The position numbers were made by a program, and so were the translations under genes. Of a stretch of 64,000 bases of DNA, positions 18,483 to 27,253 are shown piece by piece. How positions within the stretch are numbered: the first letter of the stretch is position 1; every line of letters begins with the position of its first letter. The stretch is from Pseudorhodoferax sp. Its GTDB lineage: Bacteria > Pseudomonadota > Gammaproteobacteria > Burkholderiales > Burkholderiaceae_C. The notes beneath the pieces are model-generated. The model saw only the letters and a list, made by a program, of their open reading frames with translations. It was not told the origin of the DNA and did no database searches. The stretch lies in assembly GCF_047601025.1 (NCBI RefSeq), contig NZ_JASGJZ010000001.1:5290691-5354690 (forward strand). The letters are read 5' to 3'.

Positions 18483-20657
18483 CTAGAAGTCGCTGGTGAA
18501 GCTGACGTAGTAGCCGCGGCCCGGCTCGTTGTACGTCGCCGCACCGGCATTGCCCGTACTGTTGGACTTGCGCGTGATGATCTTGTCGAACAGGTTGGTG
18601 ACACCGAAGCTCAGCCGGTTGTTCTTGTCGAACCGGTAGCTGCCGCTCAAGCCGGCCATGGTGTACGAGGCCACTTCGGTCAGGCCGGCTTGCGTGGCCG
18701 GCTGGTTGCTGAAGGACGTGTTGTTCGTTCGCGGCTTCTGCCGGCCGTAGAAGGTCGCCGTGAGCTGGGCCGAAAGCTTGTCGTTCACGGTCCAGTCCAG
18801 CGTGCTGTTGACGGTGTACTTCGGGATGATGGAGACGGGCTGGCCGCTCTGCTTCCCGTTGTTGCTGAACATCCAGGTGAAGTTGTTGATCAGCTTCAGG
18901 TGCCGGCCGGACTCGCCCAGCAGCGGCACCGTCAGGCTGCCCTCCAGGCCGTGGATCAGCGCCGCACCGCCGTTCAGCCAGCGCGTGGTCATCAGGCCGT
19001 TGACCGGATTGCGCTCCAGGTTGACCAGATCGGTGGCGATCTTGTTCTTGTAGTCGTTGCGGAAGTAAGCCACGCTGGCCGCCCAGCCGTTCTGCGGACT
19101 CCAAGCCGCGCCGAGCTCGTGGTTCACGCTGATCTCGGGATCCAGGTTCGGATTGCCGACGATCTCGCACTGGCCCAGGCCGCCGCAGCCGTTGCCCATG
19201 CTGCTCCAGCGGTAGCCGGGGTTGAGCTGGTACAGGTTGGGGGCCTTGAAGACGCGTGCGATGCCGCCCTTGATGCTCCATTCCGGCGACAGGTGGTACG
19301 TGGCGTTCAGGCTCGGGCTCCAGTTGCTGCCGAACTGATCGTGGTGGTCCACGCGCACGCCGGGCGTCACGATCAGATCGTCGCCCACGCCGATGTTGTC
19401 TTCCAGATACAGCGCGAAGGTCTTGGCTTCGCCGGCACTCTGGTCCCATGCCGCCACGTTGGGGTCCTTGAGCTTTTCCTGGCGGAACTCGAAGCCGCTG
19501 GTCAGCACTTGACCCAGGCCGAACAGCTGGACAGGGGTATGGAGCTCACTGTTCAGGAAGGTGTTGTTCAACTCGGAGACGGGGAAAACCGTCAGGGAGT
19601 TGCAGTTGCCGTCGCCGCCGCCGGCCGTGCCCTTCTGGCAGTTGGCCGTGCGGGTGCTCTCGTACTGCAGCGTGGTGCGCGAATCGCCGAGCTCGCCCCA
19701 TTTGCCGCGGTGCGTGACCGCTCCCGTCTGGCGGTAGACACGGCGCACTTCGGAGCCGATCAACTGCGCGGAAACGGAGTCCGATCCGGGATCGGTCACG
19801 CCAGTGACCGATTCACCGGTGTAGATGTTGCCCTGGCGGCTGAAGCCAGCCTCGAACTCGACGACATGGTCCGGCGTGAGCTGCCAGCGCAGCAGGCCGT
19901 TGAGATCGCGGTTGCGCGTGCCCTCGCGGCCCGCGGCAAGAAAGTCGCCCTCCTCGTCCACGTTGGCGGTGACGGGATCGCCGTCCGTCTTGGCGACGTT
20001 GCCATAGATCCGGAAAGCCAGGTTCCCGCCCAGCGGCCCGGACGCATGGAAGCCCAGGCGCCGCGTGTCGCCGCCGCCGTCCACGGCGCTGTTGTACAGC
20101 GTGATGCCGCCCGCGAGCTTGTCCCCGGGCTTCTTCGTGATGATGTTGATGACGCCGCCGGCCGCGCCCGAGCCGTAGCGCGCTGCCGCCGGGCCGCGGA
20201 TGATCTCGATGCGCTCGATCTGGTCCGGCGGCACCCAGTTGGTATCGCCGTGCGTATCGCGTTCACCACTGCGCCGCATCATCGCCCCGCTGCGCGACAG
20301 CACGGGCTTGCCGTCGATCAGGATCATCGTGTTCTCGGGCCCCATGCCGCGCAGATCGATCTGCCGCTGGTTGCCGTAGCTGCCGGAAGCGCTGTTGCCG
20401 GTCAGGTTGACGCCGGGCTGGGTACGCAGGATCTCGGCGAGGTCGTTGGCGGGCGGCCGGCGCTCGAGGTCTTCCTCCGTGATGACGGACACGCCGAGCG
20501 ACTGGCGCAGTTCTTCCTCCGCCGTGCCCAGCACGCGGATCTCCTGCAGGCTTCCGCCTTCGCTGCTCTGCTGGGCCGCCAGCGGCAACGCCGACAAGGC
20601 AAGGCTGACCGCGGCGACGGAGCGCCTGACGGGGAAACGGGCAAATGCTGATGACAT
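18483..20657 (-). CDS. TonB-dependent receptor, FepA-like (catecholate-siderophore type)
   Basis: Plug region ITEEDLERRPPANDLAEILRTQPGVNLTGNSASGSYGNQRQIDLRGMGPENTMILIDGKPV...DTNWVPPDQIERIEIIRGPAAARYGSGAAGGVINIITKKP; terminal ...YYVSFTSDF. ATG at 20657 gives 724 aa. Confidence 0.9.
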   Translation of the reverse strand: MSSAFARFPVRRSVAAVSLALSALPLAAQQSSEGGSLQEIRVLGTAEEELRQSLGVSVITEEDLERRPPANDLAEILRTQPGVNLTGNSASGSYGNQRQIDLRGMGPENTMILIDGKPVLSRSGAMMRRSGERDTHGDTNWVPPDQIERIEIIRGPAAARYGSGAAGGVINIITKKPGDKLAGGITLYNSAVDGGGDTRRLGFHASGPLGGNLAFRIYGNVAKTDGDPVTANVDEEGDFLAAGREGTRNRDLNGLLRWQLTPDHVVEFEAGFSRQGNIYTGESVTGVTDPGSDSVSAQLIGSEVRRVYRQTGAVTHRGKWGELGDSRTTLQYESTRTANCQKGTAGGGDGNCNSLTVFPVSELNNTFLNSELHTPVQLFGLGQVLTSGFEFRQEKLKDPNVAAWDQSAGEAKTFALYLEDNIGVGDDLIVTPGVRVDHHDQFGSNWSPSLNATYHLSPEWSIKGGIARVFKAPNLYQLNPGYRWSSMGNGCGGLGQCEIVGNPNLDPEISVNHELGAAWSPQNGWAASVAYFRNDYKNKIATDLVNLERNPVNGLMTTRWLNGGAALIHGLEGSLTVPLLGESGRHLKLINNFTWMFSNNGKQSGQPVSIIPKYTVNSTLDWTVNDKLSAQLTATFYGRQKPRTNNTSFSNQPATQAGLTEVASYTMAGLSGSYRFDKNNRLSFGVTNLFDKIITRKSNSTGNAGAATYNEPGRGYYVSFTSDF

Positions 20658-20949
20658 GGATGTGCCTCTTTGACGAATGAATCGGATGAACCGGCACGGC
20701 TTCGGCCGCGCGGATGAAGGAGAAATCGGCGAGTCGACGCCGCCGGCGGCGCTCACGCGCCCATGGAAGTCCGCACCGGGCGCGCCGAAGCACGCCTCGG
20801 CCCGGGATGCGCCTGCGGCCGGTGCATGCAGGCCGCTGCGGCCACACGGGCCCGTCGGAGCGAACGGAATGGATAGATCTGTCGCATGGATGTCTTCGAA
20901 GAAGAAATGGAAGCGGGCACCTCCTTCGGTCGCAGGAGGCGGGCGGAAC

Positions 20950-22410
20950 TCAGGACATGCGCTGCAACGAATGTCCACTCGGCGGCTTGTCCGCGATGCG
21001 GAAGGCCGAGCCGATCGGGCCGTGGGCGCGAATCGCTCCGTTGTAGGGCTTGGGCAGCTTGTCCAGCGCCTCGTTGAAGCGGCCTGCCGCGCTGCCGGCG
21101 GCGACGCCGCGTGCGGTATCCGGCCGGACGAAATGCAGCCAGCCGGCCCAGGCGAGCATCTGCAGCAGGCTGTTGATCGCCCCGGGCTGGGCGGCATAGG
21201 CCGGCAATTGCGCCAGTTCGGCGTAGCTCCGCGAACCGCCTTGCAATGCGTTCAACAGCGGGGCGACGTGCTGCATCGGCAGCCCGACAGGGCCGATGCG
21301 TGATTGGAAGGTCAAGGTTCCCTGCGCCGGCACGGTTTCGCCAGGCGCGTCCGGCAGCAGGCAGACGCGCTGCGCCAGCAGTGCTCGGCGATGCTGCTGC
21401 TCGCCCAGCACGTTGCCGTCCGGATGGCGGCGCTGATAGAGGTCGGCGCGCGAGACCTGGTTGCGCGCCAGGTCCTTGAAGGTCTCGACTTCGGCGCTCG
21501 TGGCGCCTTGCGCCCGCAACTGCTGCAACAGGACCGAGCCGCGTTCGGGCAGGGAGGCATCGTCAATGTTCTCGTAGGGCGCCGCACTGCCGATGAACTC
21601 GCAGTCCACCGCTGCGAAATCCTCCATCACGTCGGAGACGTGCAAGGCATCCCAGTGCCGGTTGAGGAGGTCATGGGCCTGGTAGGCGGCCCCCTCCTCG
21701 TCCAGGCTGTCGGCGGCGGGAATGTTCGCCAAAGCACTCGGGACATCCTGGAAATAGCCCAAGCCGGCATGCGCCATGCGATGCAGCAGCGCGATGGCGT
21801 CACGCGCCTTCGCGGCGCTGGAACCCGGACGGTCCTGCGTGTGCAGCCGCACCATGCGCTGCGCCGCAGCGAACGACGCCGATCCCGGCTGGCTGAGATA
21901 GCCGAGGTACAGGATGCCGCCTGGCTTGAGGTGCTGCCGCACCAATGTGCGGATCGCCAGGCGCTGCCGGGGGCCGATCCAGGAATAGACGCCATGCACG
22001 ACGATGAAGTCGCACGCGGGCAGACCGAGCCCGTCCACGCCCGCGGCCCGCTCGAAGCCAAGGCCGAGGAACTGTGCGTTGGGCACGCCCGCAGATGCAG
22101 CGAGCGCGTGGGCGCGCTCGATGGCGCGCGGATTGGCGTCGATGCCGATGAATCGCCCCAGCGGATTGGTGGCGGCCGCGAGTACGGCGCCCAGCCCGCT
22201 GCCGCAGCCCAGTTCCAGCCAGGTGTAGGGCACCGCCAGGTCCGGCGCGCGCCGGCCGATGGCCGTCGCCACCGACGCCAGCCACAGCGGCATGGTTTCG
22301 CGGAAGAAATGCCGAGGGTATTCAGCGTCGGCGATATAGCCGGCCATATCGTGCGGCGGCGTGCCGGAGAAGCGCGCGCCCCGCTCCATGGATGGATGGG
22401 CCTGGACCAT
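20950..22410 (-). CDS. Two-domain class I SAM-dependent methyltransferase with C-terminal methyltransferase-regulatory-type domain
   Basis: SAM motif I WLELGCGSGLGAVLAA, preceded by YIADAEYPRHFFRETMPLWLASVA. GIDANPRAIERA and a long C-terminal domain follow. The first ATG overlaps the receptor stop (TGATG); a later start at 22347 is possible. Confidence 0.75.
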   Translation of the reverse strand: MVQAHPSMERGARFSGTPPHDMAGYIADAEYPRHFFRETMPLWLASVATAIGRRAPDLAVPYTWLELGCGSGLGAVLAAATNPLGRFIGIDANPRAIERAHALAASAGVPNAQFLGLGFERAAGVDGLGLPACDFIVVHGVYSWIGPRQRLAIRTLVRQHLKPGGILYLGYLSQPGSASFAAAQRMVRLHTQDRPGSSAAKARDAIALLHRMAHAGLGYFQDVPSALANIPAADSLDEEGAAYQAHDLLNRHWDALHVSDVMEDFAAVDCEFIGSAAPYENIDDASLPERGSVLLQQLRAQGATSAEVETFKDLARNQVSRADLYQRRHPDGNVLGEQQHRRALLAQRVCLLPDAPGETVPAQGTLTFQSRIGPVGLPMQHVAPLLNALQGGSRSYAELAQLPAYAAQPGAINSLLQMLAWAGWLHFVRPDTARGVAAGSAAGRFNEALDKLPKPYNGAIRAHGPIGSAFRIADKPPSGHSLQRMS

Positions 22411-24992
22411 CAGAACGACGCCGTGAGGGTCAGGTAATAGGCACGGCCCGGCTCGTTGTAGGTCAAGGCGCCTGCGCCGGTGGAAATGACCCGGGAGTCC
22501 GGATCACCGCTCGCCACGTTGCCCGCCGCCAGGCGGGCCGCGCGCTTGATCTGGCGATCGAACAGATTGCTGACCCCCAAGCCCAGCCGGAGGGTCTTGT
22601 TGATCTCGTAGGTGCCGCTGAGGCCGAGCAACACGTAGGACCCGCGCTGGCGCAGCGCATCACCCACCATCCGGTAGCCGTGGTAGCTCATCGTGCGCGG
22701 CTTGCGCCGGCCGTAGAGCGTGGACGTCAGCTGCATCGAGAACCGGTCGGTGGCGCGCCAGTCCAGCGTGCTGTTCAGCGTGTACTTCGGGATGACGGAC
22801 AGCGGCTGCCCGGTGTCCTTGTTGATGTTCTTGAACATCCAGGTCAGGTTGTTCAGCAGCCTGAGCTGGTTTCCGTTGGGGCCGAGCAAAGGCACGCTGA
22901 AGCTGCCTTCCAGGCCATGCACCAGGGCCTTGCCGGAATTGCGCCATTCGAAGTCGATCGGATGATCGACGTCGAATCCACTGAGGGCTTCGGCGATGAT
23001 GCGATTCTTGTAGTCGTTGCGGAAGTAGGCCAGGCTGGCATTCCAGCCCCGCCGGCCATCCCAGGCCACGCCGATTTCCTGGTTGACGCTGATCTCCGGC
23101 TTCAGCGCGGGATTGCCACGCACGGTGCAGTCATAGGAATCGGGATCGAGACCGAGGCCGTTGTACGGACATGCGCCGCCCAGGCCGGATGCGTAGAACG
23201 GCGAGGTCTGGTAGGGGGTCGGCGCCTTGAAGACACGCGCGATGCCGCCCTTGAGCGTGAAACCGTCACCCAGCGCGTAGGTCGCGTTCAGGCTTGGGCT
23301 CCAGTTGTTGCCGAACTGGCTGTGGTGGTCGAAGCGCAGGCCCGGCGTCAGGATCAGCGCGTCGCCGATGCCGATGTTGTCTTCGACATAGAAGGCCGTC
23401 GTGTTGCTCTTCATCTCGACGAACTCAGGGGGCGTCGCCGTGGACAGCAGCGCGTTGTCGTCGAGCAGTTTCATCCTCCGGAGCTCGATGCCGGTCGTCA
23501 GCACCTGGTCCAGGCCGCCGAGCTTCAGCGGCGTGTTCAGTTCGCCGTTGAGGAAGTAGTTGTCCATGTCCGAGTTCTGCAGCGCGCCGGCCGTGCCGCA
23601 GTTGCCCTCGCCCATGCCGCTGGCACCCTGGCGGCAATTGACGGTGCGGGAGTTCTCGTACTGGAAGATGACGCGCGACTTGCCCACGTCCCCCCAGTCC
23701 CCGCGGTGCGTGACCGAGGCGTTCTGCCGGTAGACACGGCGTGTCTCCGCGCCGCGCTCGGCCCACTCGCCGAGCAGTTCGGCCGCCGCGCCGGACGGCG
23801 TGGTGTTGGAGGTGTCGCCGGCGTAGCGGTTGCCGAGGCGGCTGAAGCCGGCCTCGAACTCGAGGACCTGGTGAGGCGTCAGATCCCAGCGCAGCAAGCC
23901 GTTGAGGTCGCGGTTGCGGCGCCCTTCCCGGCCAGCCACCCAGTTCGGGGAACCATCGTCGAGCACCCCGTTGATGGTCGGCTTGTCGCCGTCGGTCCTG
24001 GCCACGTTGCCGTACAGGCGGAACGACAGGTTCTCTGACATCGGCCCGGCGAGGTTGAAGCCGAGGCGGCGCGTGCCATGGCCTTCCAGGCTGCTCTCGG
24101 GCTTGCTGAGGTAGGTCGTCACCGAGCCCGTGAGCGTGCCGGTCGGCTTCTTGGTGATGATGTTCACCACGCCACCCGAGGCACCCGAGCCGTAGCGCGC
24201 TGCCGCCGGGCCGCGAATGATTTCGATGCGCTCGATCTGGTCGGGCGGCACCCAGTTGGTGTCGCCGCTGGTGTCGCGGTCGCCCGTGCGGCGCGTGATG
24301 GCGCCCTGGCGCGACTGCACCGGCTTGCCGTCGACCAGGATCATGGTGTTCTCCGCGCCCATGCCGCGCAGATCGATCTCGCGCTGGTTGCCGTAGGCAC
24401 CGACGGAACTGGCGCCCGAGAAACTGACCCCGGGCTGGGTCATCAGGATCTCGGCCAGGTCGTTGGCCGGCGGACGGCGCTCCAGGTCTTCCTGCGTGAT
24501 GATGGACACGCCCAGCGACTGGAGCAACTGGTCTTCCGCCGTCGCCGTCACGCGGATCTCGTGCAGAGCGGGCGTGCCGATGCCCGGCCCGGACGATGCC
24601 GCGACCGGCACGCGCCGCAGTGCATAGCCCCCATCCGCGGTACGCACGGCTTCGAGACCCGTGCCGGCAAGTAACCGGGCGAGCCCCTGCTCGACGGCGT
24701 AGCGCCCCTGCAAGCCCGGGCTGCGCAGCCCGGAAGTGAGCTGGGGGTCCGCGGCCAGCAGCAGCCCCGCCGCCCGGCCGAAGCGGCCGATCGCCTCGTC
24801 CAGCGGGCCCGCGGGAATCTCGTAGACGCGCAGATTCTCGGTCTGGGCATGAACCGGCCCGGCGGGCAACAACCAGGCCGTGCCGGCCGTGGCGCCGAGT
24901 ACGGCTGCATGCACCGCGGCCGCCAGCAACGCCGGCATGGGTGGCTGCGAAGCCTTGGGCCTGGAACACAAGGGGGCGAAACGGCGGGTCAT
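22410..24992 (-). CDS. TonB-dependent transducer: FepA-like receptor with N-terminal STN signalling domain
   Basis: The STN-like segment YEIPAGPLDEAIGRFGRAAGLLLAADPQLTSGLRSPGLQGRYAVEQGLARLLAGTGLEA precedes a plug nearly identical to 18483..20657. Terminal ...YYLTLTASF. ATG at 24992 gives 860 aa. Confidence 0.9.
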   Translation of the reverse strand: MTRRFAPLCSRPKASQPPMPALLAAAVHAAVLGATAGTAWLLPAGPVHAQTENLRVYEIPAGPLDEAIGRFGRAAGLLLAADPQLTSGLRSPGLQGRYAVEQGLARLLAGTGLEAVRTADGGYALRRVPVAASSGPGIGTPALHEIRVTATAEDQLLQSLGVSIITQEDLERRPPANDLAEILMTQPGVSFSGASSVGAYGNQREIDLRGMGAENTMILVDGKPVQSRQGAITRRTGDRDTSGDTNWVPPDQIERIEIIRGPAAARYGSGASGGVVNIITKKPTGTLTGSVTTYLSKPESSLEGHGTRRLGFNLAGPMSENLSFRLYGNVARTDGDKPTINGVLDDGSPNWVAGREGRRNRDLNGLLRWDLTPHQVLEFEAGFSRLGNRYAGDTSNTTPSGAAAELLGEWAERGAETRRVYRQNASVTHRGDWGDVGKSRVIFQYENSRTVNCRQGASGMGEGNCGTAGALQNSDMDNYFLNGELNTPLKLGGLDQVLTTGIELRRMKLLDDNALLSTATPPEFVEMKSNTTAFYVEDNIGIGDALILTPGLRFDHHSQFGNNWSPSLNATYALGDGFTLKGGIARVFKAPTPYQTSPFYASGLGGACPYNGLGLDPDSYDCTVRGNPALKPEISVNQEIGVAWDGRRGWNASLAYFRNDYKNRIIAEALSGFDVDHPIDFEWRNSGKALVHGLEGSFSVPLLGPNGNQLRLLNNLTWMFKNINKDTGQPLSVIPKYTLNSTLDWRATDRFSMQLTSTLYGRRKPRTMSYHGYRMVGDALRQRGSYVLLGLSGTYEINKTLRLGLGVSNLFDRQIKRAARLAAGNVASGDPDSRVISTGAGALTYNEPGRAYYLTLTASF

Positions 24993-25165
24993 GAACGAAC
25001 GGTCCTCCGGCAAATACAGACATGGAAGGACAGTGGCTGACCGCTGCAACGCTGCGCAGCGCCATGACGACGCGAGTGGGCTGTGTCCTGCTACCGTGTA
25101 TGACGCGCAGGACGCGCTGATCTCCCCCCCCTCTTTTTTGTTTTTTCTCTGGCCGGGTACGCGGA

Positions 25166-26215
25166 TCAGGCCGGCGCCACCGTCACCCACCAGCGCGAGC
25201 GGTACACGACGCGCACTGGCAGGATGTGCGCCAGCATGGACAGCACGCGATCGGTGTCGGCGAGCGGAAAGCTGCCGGTGACACGCAAGGGGCCGACCGC
25301 AGGATCGCAGCGCAGGACGCCCCGGCGCCAATGCGCCAGTTCCGCCAGGAAGGCATCCAGGCGCTGGCGCTCGGCCACCAGCATGCCCTCGGCCCAGGCA
25401 CCCGTACCGGGGAGAACCGGCGCCGGCGGCTGCACGACACGGTACCGGTCGAAACCGGCCTGCTGTCCGGGTTGCAGCATCAACGGCAACCCGGCTTCCC
25501 GCGGCTGCAGCCGCACATGCCCGGCCAGCACCGACACCTGCGTGACGGCGGCGCCATGGCGACTGACCGTGAACTGGGTACCCAATGGAGTGGCCGTGCC
25601 TTCGGTCGTGACGACTTGCAGCGGCCGCCCCGCCGGGTCGTGCCCGGAGTCGACGAGGATTTCTCCGGCATGCAGCAGGATCCGGCGCTCACGCGGCGTG
25701 AAGCGCAGATCCACCGCGGCCGCGCTGGACAAGTGCAGCCGGGTGCCGTCGTCCAGCACCACGGCCCGCGTCTCGCCGGTCGCGGTCTGCAGATCGGCGG
25801 CCAAACGCGGCCAGGGCGTATGTCCGCGCAGCATCCAGGCGGACACGGCCGCGCCGGTCAGGCCCAGCGTCCATCCATTGAACTTGCGGCGGGCTTGCCG
25901 CCGGACGAGTTCGCGCAGGGTCTCCCGCGCCACGGCGGCCGACACCGGACTCCACCCGTCGTGCGGCAGGCTGCGCTGCAGGTCGTGGTCGAGCGCCGCC
26001 AGGCGCTGCCAGGCCAGTTCGTGGCGGGGGTCGGCGGCACGCCAGGCCTGGCAGTCCCGGGCGTCGGCGGCAGTCGCGGCCTCAGACTGCAGGCGGGCCA
26101 TCCAGTCTGCGGCCTGGCCCACGACGGCCGGCGGCAGGGCCTCGCCCTCCTGCTGCCGTGCCGCCGAGGCCGCGTGCAAGGCGAATGGATGGCCCTCCGG
26201 TTCAGGCGTGCTCAT
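25166..26215 (-). CDS. FecR-family anti-sigma factor / sigma regulator
   Basis: N-terminal AADWMARLQSEAATAADARDCQAWRAADPRHELAWQRL. A central TM segment is followed by the periplasmic FecR domain. It overlaps the upstream ECF sigma gene by 14 nt. Confidence 0.85.
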   Translation of the reverse strand: MSTPEPEGHPFALHAASAARQQEGEALPPAVVGQAADWMARLQSEAATAADARDCQAWRAADPRHELAWQRLAALDHDLQRSLPHDGWSPVSAAVARETLRELVRRQARRKFNGWTLGLTGAAVSAWMLRGHTPWPRLAADLQTATGETRAVVLDDGTRLHLSSAAAVDLRFTPRERRILLHAGEILVDSGHDPAGRPLQVVTTEGTATPLGTQFTVSRHGAAVTQVSVLAGHVRLQPREAGLPLMLQPGQQAGFDRYRVVQPPAPVLPGTGAWAEGMLVAERQRLDAFLAELAHWRRGVLRCDPAVGPLRVTGSFPLADTDRVLSMLAHILPVRVVYRSRWWVTVAPA

Positions 26216-26702
26216 AGACCGCCACGTAGCAATGCTGCAGCGCCCGGGAGACGGCCTTCTGCACGGCCTTGGGCGAGATGCCCAGCGCCTGGGCGATCTC
26301 CGCGTGGCTCAGCCCGTCCAGGCGCGACAGCAGGAAGATTCGTCGTGTGCGGTCGTTGAGGCCGTCGAGGATCCGGCTGACGGCCTGCACCGCCTCGACG
26401 ATGGCCAACTGGGTCTCCGGCGACGGCACGCAATCCTCGGGCAGTGCGGCTACGGCCTGCAGGTAGGCCTGTTCCACGGCCTGCCGGCGATAGTGGCTGA
26501 CGGCCAAATGCTGCGCGACCGATCGCAGGTAGGCCCGGGGCTCGCGCAATGCCGGCAGCACCTGGCCCTGCTGGCGCAGCAGGCGTTCGAACGTGTCGTG
26601 CGCAAGATCGGCAGCACGATCGCAGCATCCCAGCTTGCGCCGCAGCAACTGCAGCAACCAGGCGTGGTGTTCGCGGTAGATCGCGTCCATGGTGTTCTGC
26701 AT
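26202..26702 (-). CDS. ECF sigma-70 factor, FecI-type (iron-starvation group)
   Basis: 166 aa from the ATG at 26702. Region 2 is DLAHDTFERLL and region 4 is RIFLLSRLDGLSHAEIAQALGISPKAVQKAVSRAL. Confidence 0.85.
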   Translation of the reverse strand: MQNTMDAIYREHHAWLLQLLRRKLGCCDRAADLAHDTFERLLRQQGQVLPALREPRAYLRSVAQHLAVSHYRRQAVEQAYLQAVAALPEDCVPSPETQLAIVEAVQAVSRILDGLNDRTRRIFLLSRLDGLSHAEIAQALGISPKAVQKAVSRALQHCYVAVYEHA

Positions 26703-26740
26703 TGCCGCCCGATCGCCAGAAAAAAGTAGCATGAAAAAAG

Positions 26741-26759
26741 AATAATAAGAATTATTATT
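26741..26759. promoter_or_regulatory. Fur box
   Basis: AATAATAAGAATTATTATT matches 14/19 positions of GATAATGATAATCATTATC. It sits in a sharply AT-rich island 39 nt upstream of the ECF sigma start, in the divergent intergenic region shared with the ABC genes. Confidence 0.6.
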
Positions 26760-27253
26760 ACTGCTTCTTCCGAACAGGGCCGGTCGCGGTGCGCTGCGCC
26801 TGGTAGGGAGGCCCTCGGGCCATGCGTCATGGAACGTGCGCGGCCAGCGCCGCGCAAGGCCCTGGGCCGCGCCGCTGGCCTGCGGGCGACGGGCCCATCG
26901 ACTCGCCCTCCCCCTCACCGGTCGAAGGATTTTCCAGCGCGCTGGCGCGGCGGCATGCCAGCGTCGCGCACGCCCGGCGGCACCACGATCCAGGTGCGGC
27001 TGTTGCCGCCGAGCACCGGCAAGTTGTCCGCGCTGCGGCGCCCGACAAGGCCGGATACCAGGCACCGCCGCACTCGAAGCCGCATTCAGCGGCCCTGGGG
27101 CGCGGGCGCGAACCCAGCCCTTCTGCGAACACGGGCGATGACGGGCCGTCGACCACGCCTGCCTCTGCCATGGCGCCGCGAACACCAGCGCCAGTACCGC
27201 TCGAGCCGGCCAAATTCAGTCGCCGCTTGAATATGACCGACGGTCAGTCGATA

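Noticed and set aside
20658-20949. A Fur box or ECF promoter upstream of the second FepA-like receptor (for example GACGAATGAATCGGATGAAC).
   Set aside because: The match to the Fur consensus is too weak to call (fewer than about 10/19 positions). It is mentioned only as a region worth scanning.
24993-25331. An upstream extension of the STN receptor ORF (973 aa in the track).
   Set aside because: It overlaps the fecR 3' end and lacks signal-peptide character. The Met at 24992 is followed by a proper signal sequence and the STN domain.
26822-27253. A 144-aa N-terminal extension of the first ABC gene (track ORF 26822..29002), considered as a possible IrtA-like siderophore-interaction domain.
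   Set aside because: The extension is Pro/Arg/Ala-rich and has no FAD or NAD binding motifs. A Met at 27254 or 27284 just before TMS1 gives a normal ~580-aa half-transporter.
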